This document shows, in pieces, positions 37,273 through 51,200 of a DNA stretch of 64,000 bases. Position 1 is the first letter of the stretch. Each line of letters starts with the position of its first letter. The position numbers and the translations under genes are program-made. This DNA is from Geosiphon pyriformis uo1 (Eukaryota > Fungi > Glomeromycota): the NCBI GenBank assembly GCA_016748015.1, contig JAAOMT010000222.1, positions 65,924 to 129,923 on the forward strand, given 5' to 3'. The notes beneath the pieces were generated by a model. That model was given only the letters and a program-made list of their open reading frames with translations, was not told the origin of the DNA and did not search any database.

Positions 37273-40200
37273 ATGTTAACTATAGAAAGGAAAGTAAAAA
37301 ATCAGGTTCAGATTTTCAAGGCCAAAGCAACATTTTGTAAATCAGAAAAAATTGGATTAGTCAATCTACATATACCAGCCAAGAATTATAGTCACATCAA
37401 AATTTCTATTTACAACAACACAAAAAACATTATTAAGATACTAAAAGGAACCACTATTGGATACTTAACTCCAGAAATTGAAAACCAACTGCCAAACACC
37501 ATTCCAGATTTTCTACAACTGTGCGAATACATAGACATTACATTACAAACAATATATAGATGAGAAGAATGTTATCTGCTCCAATTAAAACAATTAGAAC
37601 ATATAAACATGGGAAATCTAAACCCACTACAACATATACAACTCAAGATGTTACTTAACAACTTTAATGACATTTTTGCCAGCAAAAACAAATTTGGCAG
37701 AACTGACATCATTCAACATCAGATAAAAACTAGAGATGCAATGCCAATTAAGCAAAGAGCATACAAAGTACCACCAATCAGTCATGAGATCATTCATCAA
37801 GAAATCAATCAGATGCTTGACAATAGGCTAATTCAGTCATCAATGAGTTTATGGTTATTATCAGTAGTACTAATTCATAAGAAAAATAGAAAAATCTGTT
37901 TTTGTGTGAATTACTGGAAACTAAATGGAGTAACAAAAGGAAATAACTATCCAACTTCAAAGATTTAAGAACTTTTTAATACTTTTGGAGAAAAAAAATG
38001 GTTTTCAACTTTAGACTTAGACAGCAATTACTGGCAAGTAGCCATGAAACCAAAAGACAAGAAGAAAACAGCTTTACAACTTGAGAAAGAAATTTTGAAT
38101 TTGAAGTAATGCTATTTGGCTTGATAAATACTCCAGCCACATTTCAATAGCTCATGGAAATTGTTTATATAGAACTGTTATGGAAATCAGTAGTCATATA
38201 TTTAGACAACACTAATATGTTCTTAAAAACATTTAATGATCATCTGTATTATCTCCAACAAGTATTTGAAAGACTCAGATAAGCAGGATTGAAAGTAAAT
38301 GCTGATAAATGTTTCTTTAGAAAAACAGAGTTAAAATTCTTGGGACATGTTGTAAGCTAAAATGGAATCAAAACAGATCCAGACAAGATCGAGATTGTTA
38401 AGAACTTTCCAGTACCAAATAATCTCACAGGATTAAGAGCATTCTTGGGATTTGCTAGATACTACCACCACTTTATTAAAGACTTTTCCAAAATAGTCCA
38501 ACCACTACACCAACTTCAAACAAAGAACACCAAATATAAATGGACAGAAACTCAACAAGAAGCTTTTGATACATTAAAAAGAAAACTTATTCAAGCTCTG
38601 GTACTAATCTATCCAAATCATAACAAGCCATTTATAATCACAACTGATGTATCTGGTCAAGCATTGAAAGCAGTATTATCTCAGAAAAGACCAGATAAAT
38701 GAGAACATCCAGTAGCTTACACCAGTAGAAGCTTAAGTTCAACTAAAAAGAACTATGGAATTCTAGCATTAGAACACTTAGCTATCTATTGGGCTGTTAC
38801 TAAATGGAAAAAATACTTGAGTTAAAAGTTTAATGTGTATACTGATTACAAAAAATTGACTTTAATTCAGAAGCAAAAATTTGGAGACAATTGCCATGTC
38901 AGATAGAAAATAGAACTTTCACCATTTAATTATACAGTATATTACAAAAAAAAAAAAAAATGGAAATGCTGACAGCTTGTTATGAATAAGACAAATCTAA
39001 AAACATTTCAACCCAAAAATATAATAAAAGATGAATATACAAAAATATTAACAACTCTAACATTATATAAATATCCAATTGTTCAAGAAAAAATTATCTC
39101 AAAAAAAATAAAACAACATAAAACAACAATTAAAATATTTTATCAATCATCAAAAAATACTTTATCAGAAAAACAAAAGAAATCCAGATCAACCAACCAG
39201 AATAGTTATGGAACCAGAGAAAAAGACAATATTATTCAACATACACTCAGATCTAACAGCAGAATATTTCCACAAAGAAGCAATCATAGTAAGAATCAGA
39301 AAAAGATACTATTGGCCATTAATGTATCCAGATATCATTCAATATGTTTAAAATTGTGATGCTTGTTAGAGAAAAGGAGAAACAAAACCCAATAAACTGT
39401 TAAAACTAATCAAAGTAGGACAACCATTTGATTGCATTGAAATTGACTTAGTTGGACTATTAACAATAACCAGCAGAGGCAACAGATATATTGCAGTAGT
39501 TATGGATTATCTTATTAAATGGCCAGAAGCAAAAGCCATTCAAAAAGCAGATGCAGAATTTATTGCCAAATTTGTTCATCAAGATTTGATCTGTCAACAC
39601 AGATGTCTAAAAGAATTATTATTAGATCAAAGAACTTACTTTGTAAACAAAACATTGGCAGAATTAAGTCAAAGATTTGGAATAAAAAGACCATTATTAT
39701 TATTATACCATCTACAAACAAATGAGTTAGTTAAAAAATTCAACAAAACATTGTGTAAAACAATAGCCAAGATTAATCAAAAAAACCAGGACAAATAGAA
39801 TTTGTTCATATTATCAGTATTATTTGCTTACTAAACAATGAAACAAAACACTACACAAGCAACACTATTTGAATTAATATATAGTAGAGCAGCAACATTA
39901 TCAGTTGAGATAAAAGTCAAAACATATCCAACAAAACCAATAACAGAAAAAAATTTTCAAAAAATATTGCTGAGAAGAACATATGACTTAATGGAGACAC
40001 TGGAAAACAAATGGTGAAAAGCAGCTGATAATATCCAAAAGTCACAAAAGAAACAAAAAAAAAGACATGATAATCAACTACTAGATAAACCAGTTAAATT
40101 TAGGATTAGAGACAAAGTACTTTTATATTGTATCAAAGTAAAAAAACAATGAAGTAGAAAATTTGACTCCAAATGGGATGGACCATTTCACATAGAAAAA

Positions 40201-41936
40201 ATTCTAAGAAATAGAGCTTATAAATTGAAATAGAACAACCAAATCTTAGCCAAAGCAGCACATAGTGATTGACTGAAACCATATTACTATATAGTATTAC
40301 AATCTACCAGTAATATTCCACAATTAGAAGTACAGAGAATATTAGTCCAACCAGATAAGATTCTACAAGATCTGGAACCAATCATAAATATTGAACCAAA
40401 CACATCAAATTGAACAACCAAAAGAGTATATAAAGACACAGTATACATGACAAAAGCAACAAAAAAAAATGAAAATACCAGATCATATTCACACTTTAGC
40501 TCAACAATTATTTTAGGCTTTAAGTCAACAACAAGTAAACATAGAAATTATCATTAACAACCAAATAATCTGTTATCAAAACACTAAACAAAAAAGAAAA
40601 AATACACTATACCAGCAACCACAAAAACAATCAATAAACTGGTCAGATAAAATAGTAGAGAAAGTAAAAAACACTTTTGGAAAGATAACTATTATGGTTC
40701 CAACAGAAAAACTGGCAAAAAAAAAATTGAAACCAATGAATAGACCAACTTCCAATGCCATATTGCTACTATTAATTGGAACAAAAAATAGATATTTAGA
40801 AGTTATATCTTGATAAATCCAAAAAAATCTTTAATTAAGAGATAGTCCAAAACATTGAAGACATTATTGAAAAGAAAACAAACTTGACACTACACATTAG
40901 GACCATTTATCGATTACACACTATATTTCAAAACTATTCAGAAGTATTGTTACACTCAGACATGGAAACAATAACCATCAACCAATGAGGAAGAATGAAC
41001 AACTCACAAATTGAAGAAATAAAAAATAGGGTGGAACAAACAATACTTGAAAAAAAAGTACTCGATATAATTCAAAATAAGAATTTTGATAGAACTTAAT
41101 ATTAAAAAGAAGAAATAATATTACTCATAAAAAAAAAACAGATATAGAAAATAGTAAACCAATAGGAGAGTAGTAGTTAGCATATAAGCACATTGCTTAG
41201 CAATATGAAGCAATATTAGAAAATTAAGACACATTGTTCAGCAATATAAGCATTGCTCAAGAAATCATAGCACATCACTCAGAAATGTGAGCGATCTTAT
41301 AGAACATCAATTATGTATATATAGCAGTAGCATTAGAAAAAAAAAAGACAGACCTTTCAGTTTAGATTTAATCTAAGCAGCTTTTTACATCTCAAATACC
41401 AATAAATAACTATTCCATATCTCAAATTCACTCTTTACTATCAATACTTTATGTTAATAGTAATTGATACTTAACCACACTAGAACAATAGTTTTTGATC
41501 ACAGCTATTGACAGAATACTAACATTTATTGTCTTGGCTTATTTCTTTTATTTTTCTTTTGTTATTTTCATTTGTTGTACTAATTAATTAAAAAAAAAAG
41601 TGCTGAATTATTGATGTCAAGAATAGCCTGATAAAAGACTTCAAAAGAAGGATATATATTGGGAATTTAAAAATAGCTTATTGGAAAGACATCTCTACCA
41701 GATTACTGGCCACCACACTGAGAAAAAAATTCGATGGAATTGCAATTCTGGGAGGCTATTGGGAAGACAAATATTGAATTTCTGTCCATTATATAAAAAA
41801 CTCAACAACACAACTTTCAAACTATCAAAATCTTCAGATCACCCAAACTTTCAGAAATCAATACCATTATATTGATTAAAGCACCAAGTTATGGGTTTAT
41901 TATTTGATTTAAGATCTCAAATAATCACCTGTAATA
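37273..41936 (+). mobile_element. Gypsy A2, 3' half: RT, RNase H, integrase, ORF3, 3' LTR (decayed)
   Basis: Starts MLTIERK, the direct continuation of the minus-strand sequence ending at 1601. RT/RNase H/integrase fragments at 37609-39798. ORF3 relic ~40469-41105. LTR 41119-41936. Confidence 0.85.
41119..41936 (+). repeat. Family A LTR, beta type
   Basis: Follows a decayed PPT, has CACATTG..AGCAAT repeats, and is a close reverse-complement match to 51350-52139. Confidence 0.85.
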
Positions 41937-42256
41937 GCATCACTAATCTTATTCTCTTTACTTCAAGTATTGAATACTTTAATTGCCACCAGTTCAAATC
42001 TAGGCTCAGATATGGTTGTAGATTGTTCTGTATTATTGTCTTTATTTTTTTTTCTGTTTTTTCTAATGTTTTAATATTGGGTTCAAATAGCTCAAAGGTT
42101 CTGACTACTAAGATGGACTGTCTGGAATTTAAATTGGTGGCCTTTGAGGCCTCTATTGGTTCAGTTTTGGTGAAGTTAAATCTGTTGTGTGCTAACTCAG
42201 GTTTTTTGGTTTCTTTTTTATCTCAATGAGTGATTTGGTTTGGAAAATAGCTATGT
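41937..42256 (+). mobile_element. LINE fragment (ORF1 end and ORF2 start)
   Basis: SSKVLTTKMDCLEFKLVAFEASIGSVLVKL then MSDLVWKIAM, homologous to the ORF1/ORF2 junction at 20230-20390. Confidence 0.65.
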
Positions 42257-45200
42257 TGTTACAGGTAATTATTTGGGGTTTCAAAGCAAATAACAAACCC
42301 ATAATGTGGTGCTCAATAGCTTGAAATAATTGGTGATATCTGAAGATTGTTTGTATTTGAGGGTTTTGGTGGAGTTCTTTGTATAATGAACAGAGATTCA
42401 ATAGTGTTTCAGTAGTCTCCCAAAATCACAATTCTGTTAAATTTCTTTTTCAGCATGGTGGTCAGTAATCTGGCAAAGATGTTCTTCTGGTAAACTATCT
42501 TTAAATTTTCAATTCTATATCCTTCTTTTAGGGTCTTTTATCAGACTATTCTTGATGTCAATAATTCAGTACTTAATTCTTAATCAATTAGTAAACACAA
42601 AAATAAAAATAAAAAAAATAAAATAAAAAAAATAAAAAAAAGATAAAAAAAATAAGCCAAGGTGATTGCAAGTTAGTATTTCATTAATAGCCATGATCAA
42701 GAGCTATTGTTTTAATGTAGTTAAATATCAATTACTATCAACATGAAGTATTGATAGTAGAAAATAGATTAAGATAGTGAATAATTATTTATTGATATTT
42801 GTAAATGGAAAGGTTCCTTAGATTAAATCTAAATTAAAAAGTCTGTCTTTTTTACTTCTAATGCTACTATTATATATACATAATTGAGATTTCTTAATTC
42901 CTTAATTTTTTACACCAGGAATTCTACAATTTCTTTGAGAGAAATTCTGGAATTCTGGAATTCTGCAATTCCTTATATAAGAATTCTGAAATTTCTGAAA
43001 TCCTGCAATTCCTCTGAGAGGAATCCTGAAATTCTACATTTACTACATCTACTTCTGATTGGCTAATTTATATGCTAATATACTTCCTATATTCCATGAG
43101 TAATATTATTTTTTTCTTTTAATATTGAGCTTTGTCAAGATCTCCTAATTCTCCTAATTCTTTATCTTTAAGTATTTCTTGAACTTTTTTTTTAACAATT
43201 ACTTGTGTTATTTTGTTTTATAATTCTTTGAATTAGGCATTGGTTATTTTTCCCATTTGGTTAATAATAATAGAGTTTATTACTGGATTGAGTAAGATTT
43301 TTGGTTAGTCTTGAAATCCAATTTGTAATCAATAGATAACTCGTGCTTGTGTGGTTAAATTGTTCTTTCTTACAAATTGTTTAAGTTGTTGTAATATCTT
43401 TAAATTGAATAATCACTTTGTCTTATTTGTATATAAGTTTTGGATATTTAGATGTTGTCCCAAGTAAAAATAATAAAAATTTCTTAGAAATTGTTGTATC
43501 CATTACTTCCAAGTTTTTTTAGTCACTTCTTGGTATGGAGTGATACTTGTTGGTTTTTCTATTGCCAATTTTACTTTTAGAATTATTTTGTCAACAGTGC
43601 TTTCTGGTTTCTTTTGTACTTTGTATTAGCATATTTTTCTGGTATCTCAATATAAAATGATTTGTTGGTTAATAGTAATTTCCATATTTTGTTGTTGAAT
43701 TAGTTGAAAAAATTATTGTGTTAATGTATATATGTTGTTAATAATTTCTATTTTTTTTATTGTCTTTGTCATGTATACTATGTTTTTATATACTCTTTTG
43801 GTTGTTCAATTTGATATGTTTGGTTCAATAATTATAATTGGTTTCAGATTTCGTGAAATCTCATCTGATTGGACTAATATTTTTTGTACTCTCAGTTATG
43901 AAATATTACTGATGAATGCTGATACTATATTGCAATATAGTTTCAGTTAATTTCTATGTGCTGTTTTGATTAAGATTTTGTTGTTCAACCTTAATTTATA
44001 AGCTCTATTTCTTCTATGTAAAATGGTCTGTCCTATTTGGGATCAAATTTTCTACTTTATTGTTTTTCCACTTTGGTACAATGTAAAAGTACTTTGTCTC
44101 CAATTTTGAATTCAACTGGTTTATCTAGTAGTTGGTTATTGTGTCTTTTTTTTTGTTTTTTTTGTGACTTTTGGATATTATCAGCTGCTTTTTATCATTT
44201 GTTTTCTAGTGTTTCCATTAAGTCATATGTTTTTTTCAACAATATTCTTTGAAAATTCTCTTCTGTTATTGATTTTGTTAAATATGTTTTGACTTTTATC
44301 TCAATTGGTAATGTTGCTGTTCTACTATATACTAATTTAAATAATATTATTTGTGTAGTATCTTGCTTTATTGTCTTATAAACAAATAATACTGATGGTA
44401 TAAACAAATCTCGTTTGTTCTGGTTTTCTTGACTGATTTTGACAATTGCTTTACATAGTGTTCTGTTGAATCTTTCAATTAACCCATTTGTTTGTGGATG
44501 GTATGATAATAATAATGGTTTTTTTATTCTAAATCTTTAATTCTGTTAATGTTCTATTCACAAAGTGAATTTCTTAATTTGATAGTAGTTTTTTTGGACA
44601 TCTATATTAACAGATTAAATCTTGATGAACAAATTCAGCAACAAATTCTGCATCTGCTTTTTAAATGGTTTTTGCTTTTGGCTATTTGGTAAGATAGTCT
44701 ATGACTACTGCAATATATCTATTGTTTCTGCTGGTTATGGTTAATAATCCAACTAAAACAATTCCAATGTGATCAAATGGTTGTTCTACTTTGATTGGTC
44801 TTAATGGTTCACTGGGTCTTGTTTCTTCTCTTTTCTGACAAGCATTACAATTTTGAACATATTGAATGATGTTTGAATACATTGATGGCTGATAGTATTT
44901 TTTTCTGGTTCTTTCCATGGTTGTTTTTTTGTGAAAATGTTCTGCTGTTGGATCTGAGTACATGTTGAACAATATTGTCTCTTTCTCTGGTTCCATAATT
45001 ACTCTGGTTGGTTGATCTGAATTTCTTTTGTTCTTCTGGTAAAATATATTTTAATAGTTAATAAAATATTTTGATTGTTGTTTTATGTTGTTTTGTTTCT
45101 TTTAAGATAATTTTTCTTTGAACAATTGGGTATTTATATAATGTTGGAGTCGTTGATATTTTTGTATATTTATCTTTTGTTATATTTTTGGGTTAAAATG

Positions 45201-48200
45201 TTTTTAAATTTGTTTCATTCATAACAATCTGTCAGTATTTCCGTTTTCTTTTTCTTTTTTATAATGTACTGTATAATTAAATGGTAAAAGTTCTATTTTC
45301 TATCTGGCATGGCAATTATTTTCAAATTCTTGCTTCTGAATTGAAGTCAATCATTTATGATTAGTGTATACATCAAATTTTTGACTCAAGTATTTTTTTT
45401 ATTTGATAACAGTCCAATAGATAGCTAAGTGTTTTAATGCTGGAGTTCTATAGTTCTTTTTAGTTAGATTTAAGCTTCTATTGGCATAAGCTACTGGATG
45501 TTCTTGTCCATCTGGTTTTTTCTGAGATAATATTGCTCTTAATGCTTAACCATATGCATTAGTTGTAATTATAAATGGTTTGCTATAATCTGAATAAATC
45601 AGTACTAGAGCTTAAATAAGCTTTCTTCTTAATGTATCAAAAGCTTCTTGCTGAGTTTTTGTCTATTTATATTTAGTGTTCTTTGTTTGGAGTTGGTGTA
45701 ATAGTTGAGCTATTTTGGAAAAATCTTTGATAAAATGGCAGTAGTATCTAGCAAATCTCAAGAATGCTCTTAATTCTGTGAGATTATTTAATACTGAAAA
45801 GTTCTTGACAATTTCAATCTTGTCTGAATCTGTTTTAATTCTATCTTTGTTTACACAACATGTCCCAAAAATTTTAGCTCTGTTTTGCCAAAGAAATATT
45901 TGTTGGCATTTAATTTCAATCCTGCTTATTTGAGTCTTTCAAATACTTGTTGAAGATAATACAGATGATTATTAAATGTTTTTGAGAACACATTGATATT
46001 ATCTAAATATATGACTACTGATTTCCATAGTAGTTCAGTATAGACAATTTCCATAAACTGTTGGAATGTGGCTGGAACATTTATCAAGCCAAATAGCATA
46101 ACCTCAAATTTGAAATTCTCTTTTCATGTTGTAAAAGCTGTTTTCTTTTTATTTTCTGGTTTTATGGCTACTTGTCAGTAACTACTGTCTAAGTCTAAAG
46201 TCAAAAACCATTTTTTTTCTCCAAAAGCATTGAACAGCTTTTGAATCTTTGGCATTAAGTAGCTATTACTTTTTGTTACTCTATTCAGTTTCCGGTAATT
46301 CATACAAAAGCAGATTTTTCCATTTTTCTTATAGATTAGTACCACTGGTAATGACCATAGACTCATTGATAACTGAATTAGTCTATTGTCAAGCATCCAA
46401 TTGATTTTTAATAAATAATCTCATGGCTGGCTAGTAATACTCTGTATGTTTTTTGTTTAATTGGCATTACATTTCCAATTTTTATCTGATACTAGATTAT
46501 GTTGGTTCTGCCAAATTTGTTTTTGCTGACAAAGATGTTATTAAAGTTGTTAGGTAACATCTTGAGTTGTATACATTGTAGTGGGTCTAAATTTTCCAAG
46601 TTTATCTGTTCTAATTGTTCTGATTAGAGCAGATAGCATTCTTCTCATCCATATATTGTTTGAGATGTGATGTCTACATATTCACACAGTTGTGGAAAGT
46701 CTGGAATAATGTTTGGCAGTTGGTCTTTAATTTTGGTGGTTAAGTATCCAATAGTGGTTTTTTTTGGTATTTTGATGATGTTTTCTATGTTGTTGTAAAT
46801 GGAAATTTTGATGTGACTGTGGTTCTTGGCTGGTATGTATAGATTGACTAATCCAATTTCTTTTGATTCATAAAATGTTGCTTCAGCCTTAAAAATCTGA
46901 ACCTAATTCTTTACTTTCCTTTCTATAGTTAACATGTATCAGTCATATGATAGAATAGAAATTGGTTGACGAATAGAGATAATTTCTCCTTTGTCAACAA
47001 TTTTTTCTTCTGCCATATTAATTGGTATGTCTATTCTACCCATTGATCTAAATCACTGTATTTTTCTAGCTGTGATCTCTAATTTTTTCCTGTTTTCTAC
47101 TGATACTAATTGAGCTATTTTAACCAGAAACAGGAATATTGTTTGTGCTATCTTTTCATTTGGCTCTATGATGTAGGCTTTTTCTGAGTCATTTTGTAGT
47201 ATTGCAATGATATTTCTTACATATCTTGCATTAATTATTCCTTCTCTGATGTTAATTCCCTTTTTTGTTAAACTACTCCTAGATGCTAATTAAACCATTG
47301 TTGTTGCTGGGATCTCTAATGCTATTTTAAGATCAATGCAGGTGCACAAATATAGTTCCAATTTGATGGCATCTTGTTCTGGATATCTTAAATCAAATCC
47401 TGTATTGGTATCATGCACTTGTTTTGGCATAATGTTTTCATTGTTATTACTGAACTATTTGAGTTCTTGTTTTTTGAAAAAATTAGAAAGGACAATATAT
47501 TGTTCAGGATTTGAATCAAAGTTTAAATTATTGTTATTTTTGTTGTTATATGGAGTGGAACTAGAACTATTGTTCTTATCATTATCATTGTCAAAGTTTG
47601 AATTGGGATTGAAAGTTGATTCCAATTCTAATGTGTAGCTGTTAATTGGTTTTTCTTTCTCTGTGATTGTGTAGATTATACATAATAGTAGATTGTAAAT
47701 GAGGTCATACTTATTACAGTATTAAAAGTCACATAAGATTAGATAGTATTAACACAGTCAAGTGTTCAGTTGTTTTAAGCATTGCTCTTGCTCTTTTTTT
47801 GTGGATACTAATTTTTGGTAGTGTTTGTAAAATTGTTCTGAATCCAGGAGATTTATAACTGGTTTTGGGTTTCAGTCAAGTTTTATGAGTTCTAAAGAGT
47901 TATTTTTTATTATTCTGATTTCCTCTGGTGACATGTCTTTGATTTTGGCAAGTGTTATTTGCCATATTTTGTTATCATTGTGTAGACAACCATTCAGACA
48001 TTTTACTGCTCTTTTCCAAGCAGCTTCTATTGGTGTCTCTTTTCTAACCCAGTCACTTATTAGAATTATGTATTAACATAATTTATTACATGTTCCTCTT
48101 TATTCAAAAATGTTATTCCATATTCTTTTATCTAGAAGCGTTTCTTTACAAGTGAGACAAGATTTGTTGTCCTATTTTTCTTGTCTCTTTGGTTTTTCAA

Positions 48201-51200
48201 AGCATTCTAGGACACATAAACAGCAGTAAAATTTTATTGCTGTGAAGTATTCCTCATCATTACTACAGCATACACCCATTAATAACAATTTCTTGCCACA
48301 ATCAACACATACTAGCTTGGGTCAATAGTAACTGGTTTGTGGTTGTGATATTAAATATGAAATATATATAGAGTTGGAGTCTTGTGTATTTTTGTTTTCC
48401 CTTTTTTTTCTTTTTCTCTTCTCTTTCCAGGTCCAAGTTGTTGGTAACTCACTTTTATTGTTATTAGTCTACCATAATTGATCAGTGTTTCAAGTAGGTT
48501 CTTCTCTTCTCTTTTTCTTTCCTTAGTCATCCCATAATAATACTAGTGGCAGTTTATTGTGATTATTATTGGCCCAGGAAACTTGATAAGCTTTTCAAAT
48601 GGATTTAATTTCTTTTTTTTCTAACTCGATCAGTGGTTGCATGGTTGTTGATTTAAAGTGGTCACAAGAAGCTGGTACTCTCATATATTGGCCATTCTGA
48701 CTTAACTGAAGTTCTTGGGTGGTCCAATTAAGTACCATATTGGTTTTGGACAGCCAGTCATTATTAATGAATGCTTGGTATTGAGTGGTTTTTATGACTA
48801 GTACTTTGATTAGTGCAATAATACTATTGACTTTGATGAGAAAGTCATCAATTTTGCCAATTGGAGTTTTTGTCACTCCATCAGCTGTGATGATTCATGT
48901 GCTGGTAGCTCAATCAACTCAGCAACTTAATTGGTTCATGAATTATCATGTGATAATGCTGTCTGCTAACCTGCTATCTAATATAAGTTTGATGGAATAA
49001 CCATCAACTTTAGCATCAGTGTACATAGCAGTGATTGGTTTTTCTTCAAATATGACTCTACTAAACAATGGCATGAATAATGGTTCCTTGAGTTTGAATG
49101 GAAAAATTGCTGCTAGTAATTTGTCATTGATGATAGTAGCTGAAAATATGTTGTTGGTAAATAGTTGTTTTTGGTTGGATTCTGTGTTGTTAAATGAGGT
49201 GTCTTCTGGAGTTATCAGGAGACTTAAATAGTTCTGAGAACTCAGGTTCTGAGTGCACCCAGTTTCTGAACTCTACTGTCATGATTTCAATAGTTGGTTG
49301 GAAGAACTGGAGATCAGTTAATGGACTACTATTGCTGATCTCTAGCTTTATTGTGTTATTTTTGGCCTTTAGATTCCATTTTGAAGTAAGTTTTATAATG
49401 GTGTTTGAATTTGTTGAAACTGATATATTATTTGTGGCTGCAATTAATATATTACAAGTGCTGTAGTGTGATATACTGGTGATTGATATATTGGTTGCTA
49501 TGTTACTGGTAAGTAATTCTGATAATATGGTTTTGGATTGAGTTGATATTTCAGAATTGAAAACCGGTAATTGGGGTTTCAATATTAATTTCCCAATCAT
49601 TGATCACTTATTCTTTTGTGACATTTAAACTGTAAATGTCCTTGTTTATCACAATAGTGGCAAACATGCATTTTTAGTTGCCACTGTTGATTGGTTAACA
49701 ATACTGGATGTGATTGATTTTGAAAATGATTGGAGTTTCTTTGATTGTTGCATTGTTGGGGAAGTTGATAAATTGCCTAATGATTATTAGCTAAGTATCT
49801 CTCTAATTTCTAATTTATTGATTTACTGAATTGCTTCAATTTGAAATCCAAGTCAGATAATCTATTCATTACTAGATTTATGGCTTGAGCATGGTTGGCT
49901 TCTAATTTAGCAGCTTTAAAATTTCTGACATAGGTGACTGCAGTTTAAAGATCTGCTAAATGTAATGGACATATGCATTGAAGGATACTATTGTGCAGGC
50001 CTCTGATAAATTGATTTAAGATTTGTGGTGCTGTGAAATAATCAGCTTGAATTGTCTGAATTTGGTGCAGATTCTTATAGAAGCATTCTAAGTAGGTAGT
50101 GACTGCTTCATTTTTTCTTTGTTTAATGGTAGTAAAGGTATTTGTTAGACAATTAATACTATTATTATTGCTGAAATATTGTAGGAATACAAGCTTGAAT
50201 ACATTAAAGTCCTAAGGTTTGTTGGCTAAGCTTTGATACCAAGAGTCGGTGGTATCCTAAAGAAAGTATGAGATGGCTTGTATGGCTTTAGCATTATTCT
50301 ATTCATTGGCTGTGATGGTTTTTTTAACATTGTTTAGCTATACTTGAGCATTGTCTTCTTTACTCATGAACTTTTTGAGCTTGGCTATTGGAGCATAGGC
50401 TATTAAATTCAAGTTTGGTTGTTGTTGTTGTTGTGGTGGTAATTGTTATAGTGTGGCAGCTGGTAGTAAATTGATAATGATTACTGAAGATAAGTATTGT
50501 TGATTATTAATATTGGGGTTGGGATCAGTTTGATTTTGTGGGATTTGAAAATGTGGAGTTTCAATTTTTGGGTTTTTTATAATTGAATTTTGGTAATTAA
50601 ATTCTTGATTTTCTTCTTCTTCTTCTTCTTCTTTTGATGTCATTATCTTCTAGGAACTCATGTTTCTGAAATCTGGTTGAGGTGGCAGTGATTAAAATTT
50701 TGATAGCATTGGAGATTGCGATTTAAATTCTTCAAAGTAATTGCCATAGGTTCTTAATAATTCTGCTTTTTTTTGTTTATTTGAAATAGTAGTCATTCAA
50801 ATGTTGATGTTACATTTGATGTGGATGTGTCTGCTAATGTAATATTGATGGTACTTCCAGTTGTATGATGATATAATAGATATAGTGGAGATTTAATTCT
50901 TTGCTTCTTCCATATTAGTAATTGTATTCTTTTTGAAGTTATTGCTGGTGTTTGTAGCTTTTTTTTACCCTTATCTGTATAAGTAATAGGAAATTGTTGT
51001 TGAGTGTATCTTTCAATTTCTTGATTAATTTTTCTAATAATTGGTGCAAAACTGTAATTTCATGGTAAGCTGGTATATTGAATTAATTCTGTATAGAAAT
51101 TTTTTCTTGTTGATTTAATGTCAACTGGTCTTCCTAGAAAATCTGTAATTCTTTTATTGATGTAAAAATTGAAGGCTGATTCTGCTGGATAATGGTTGTT

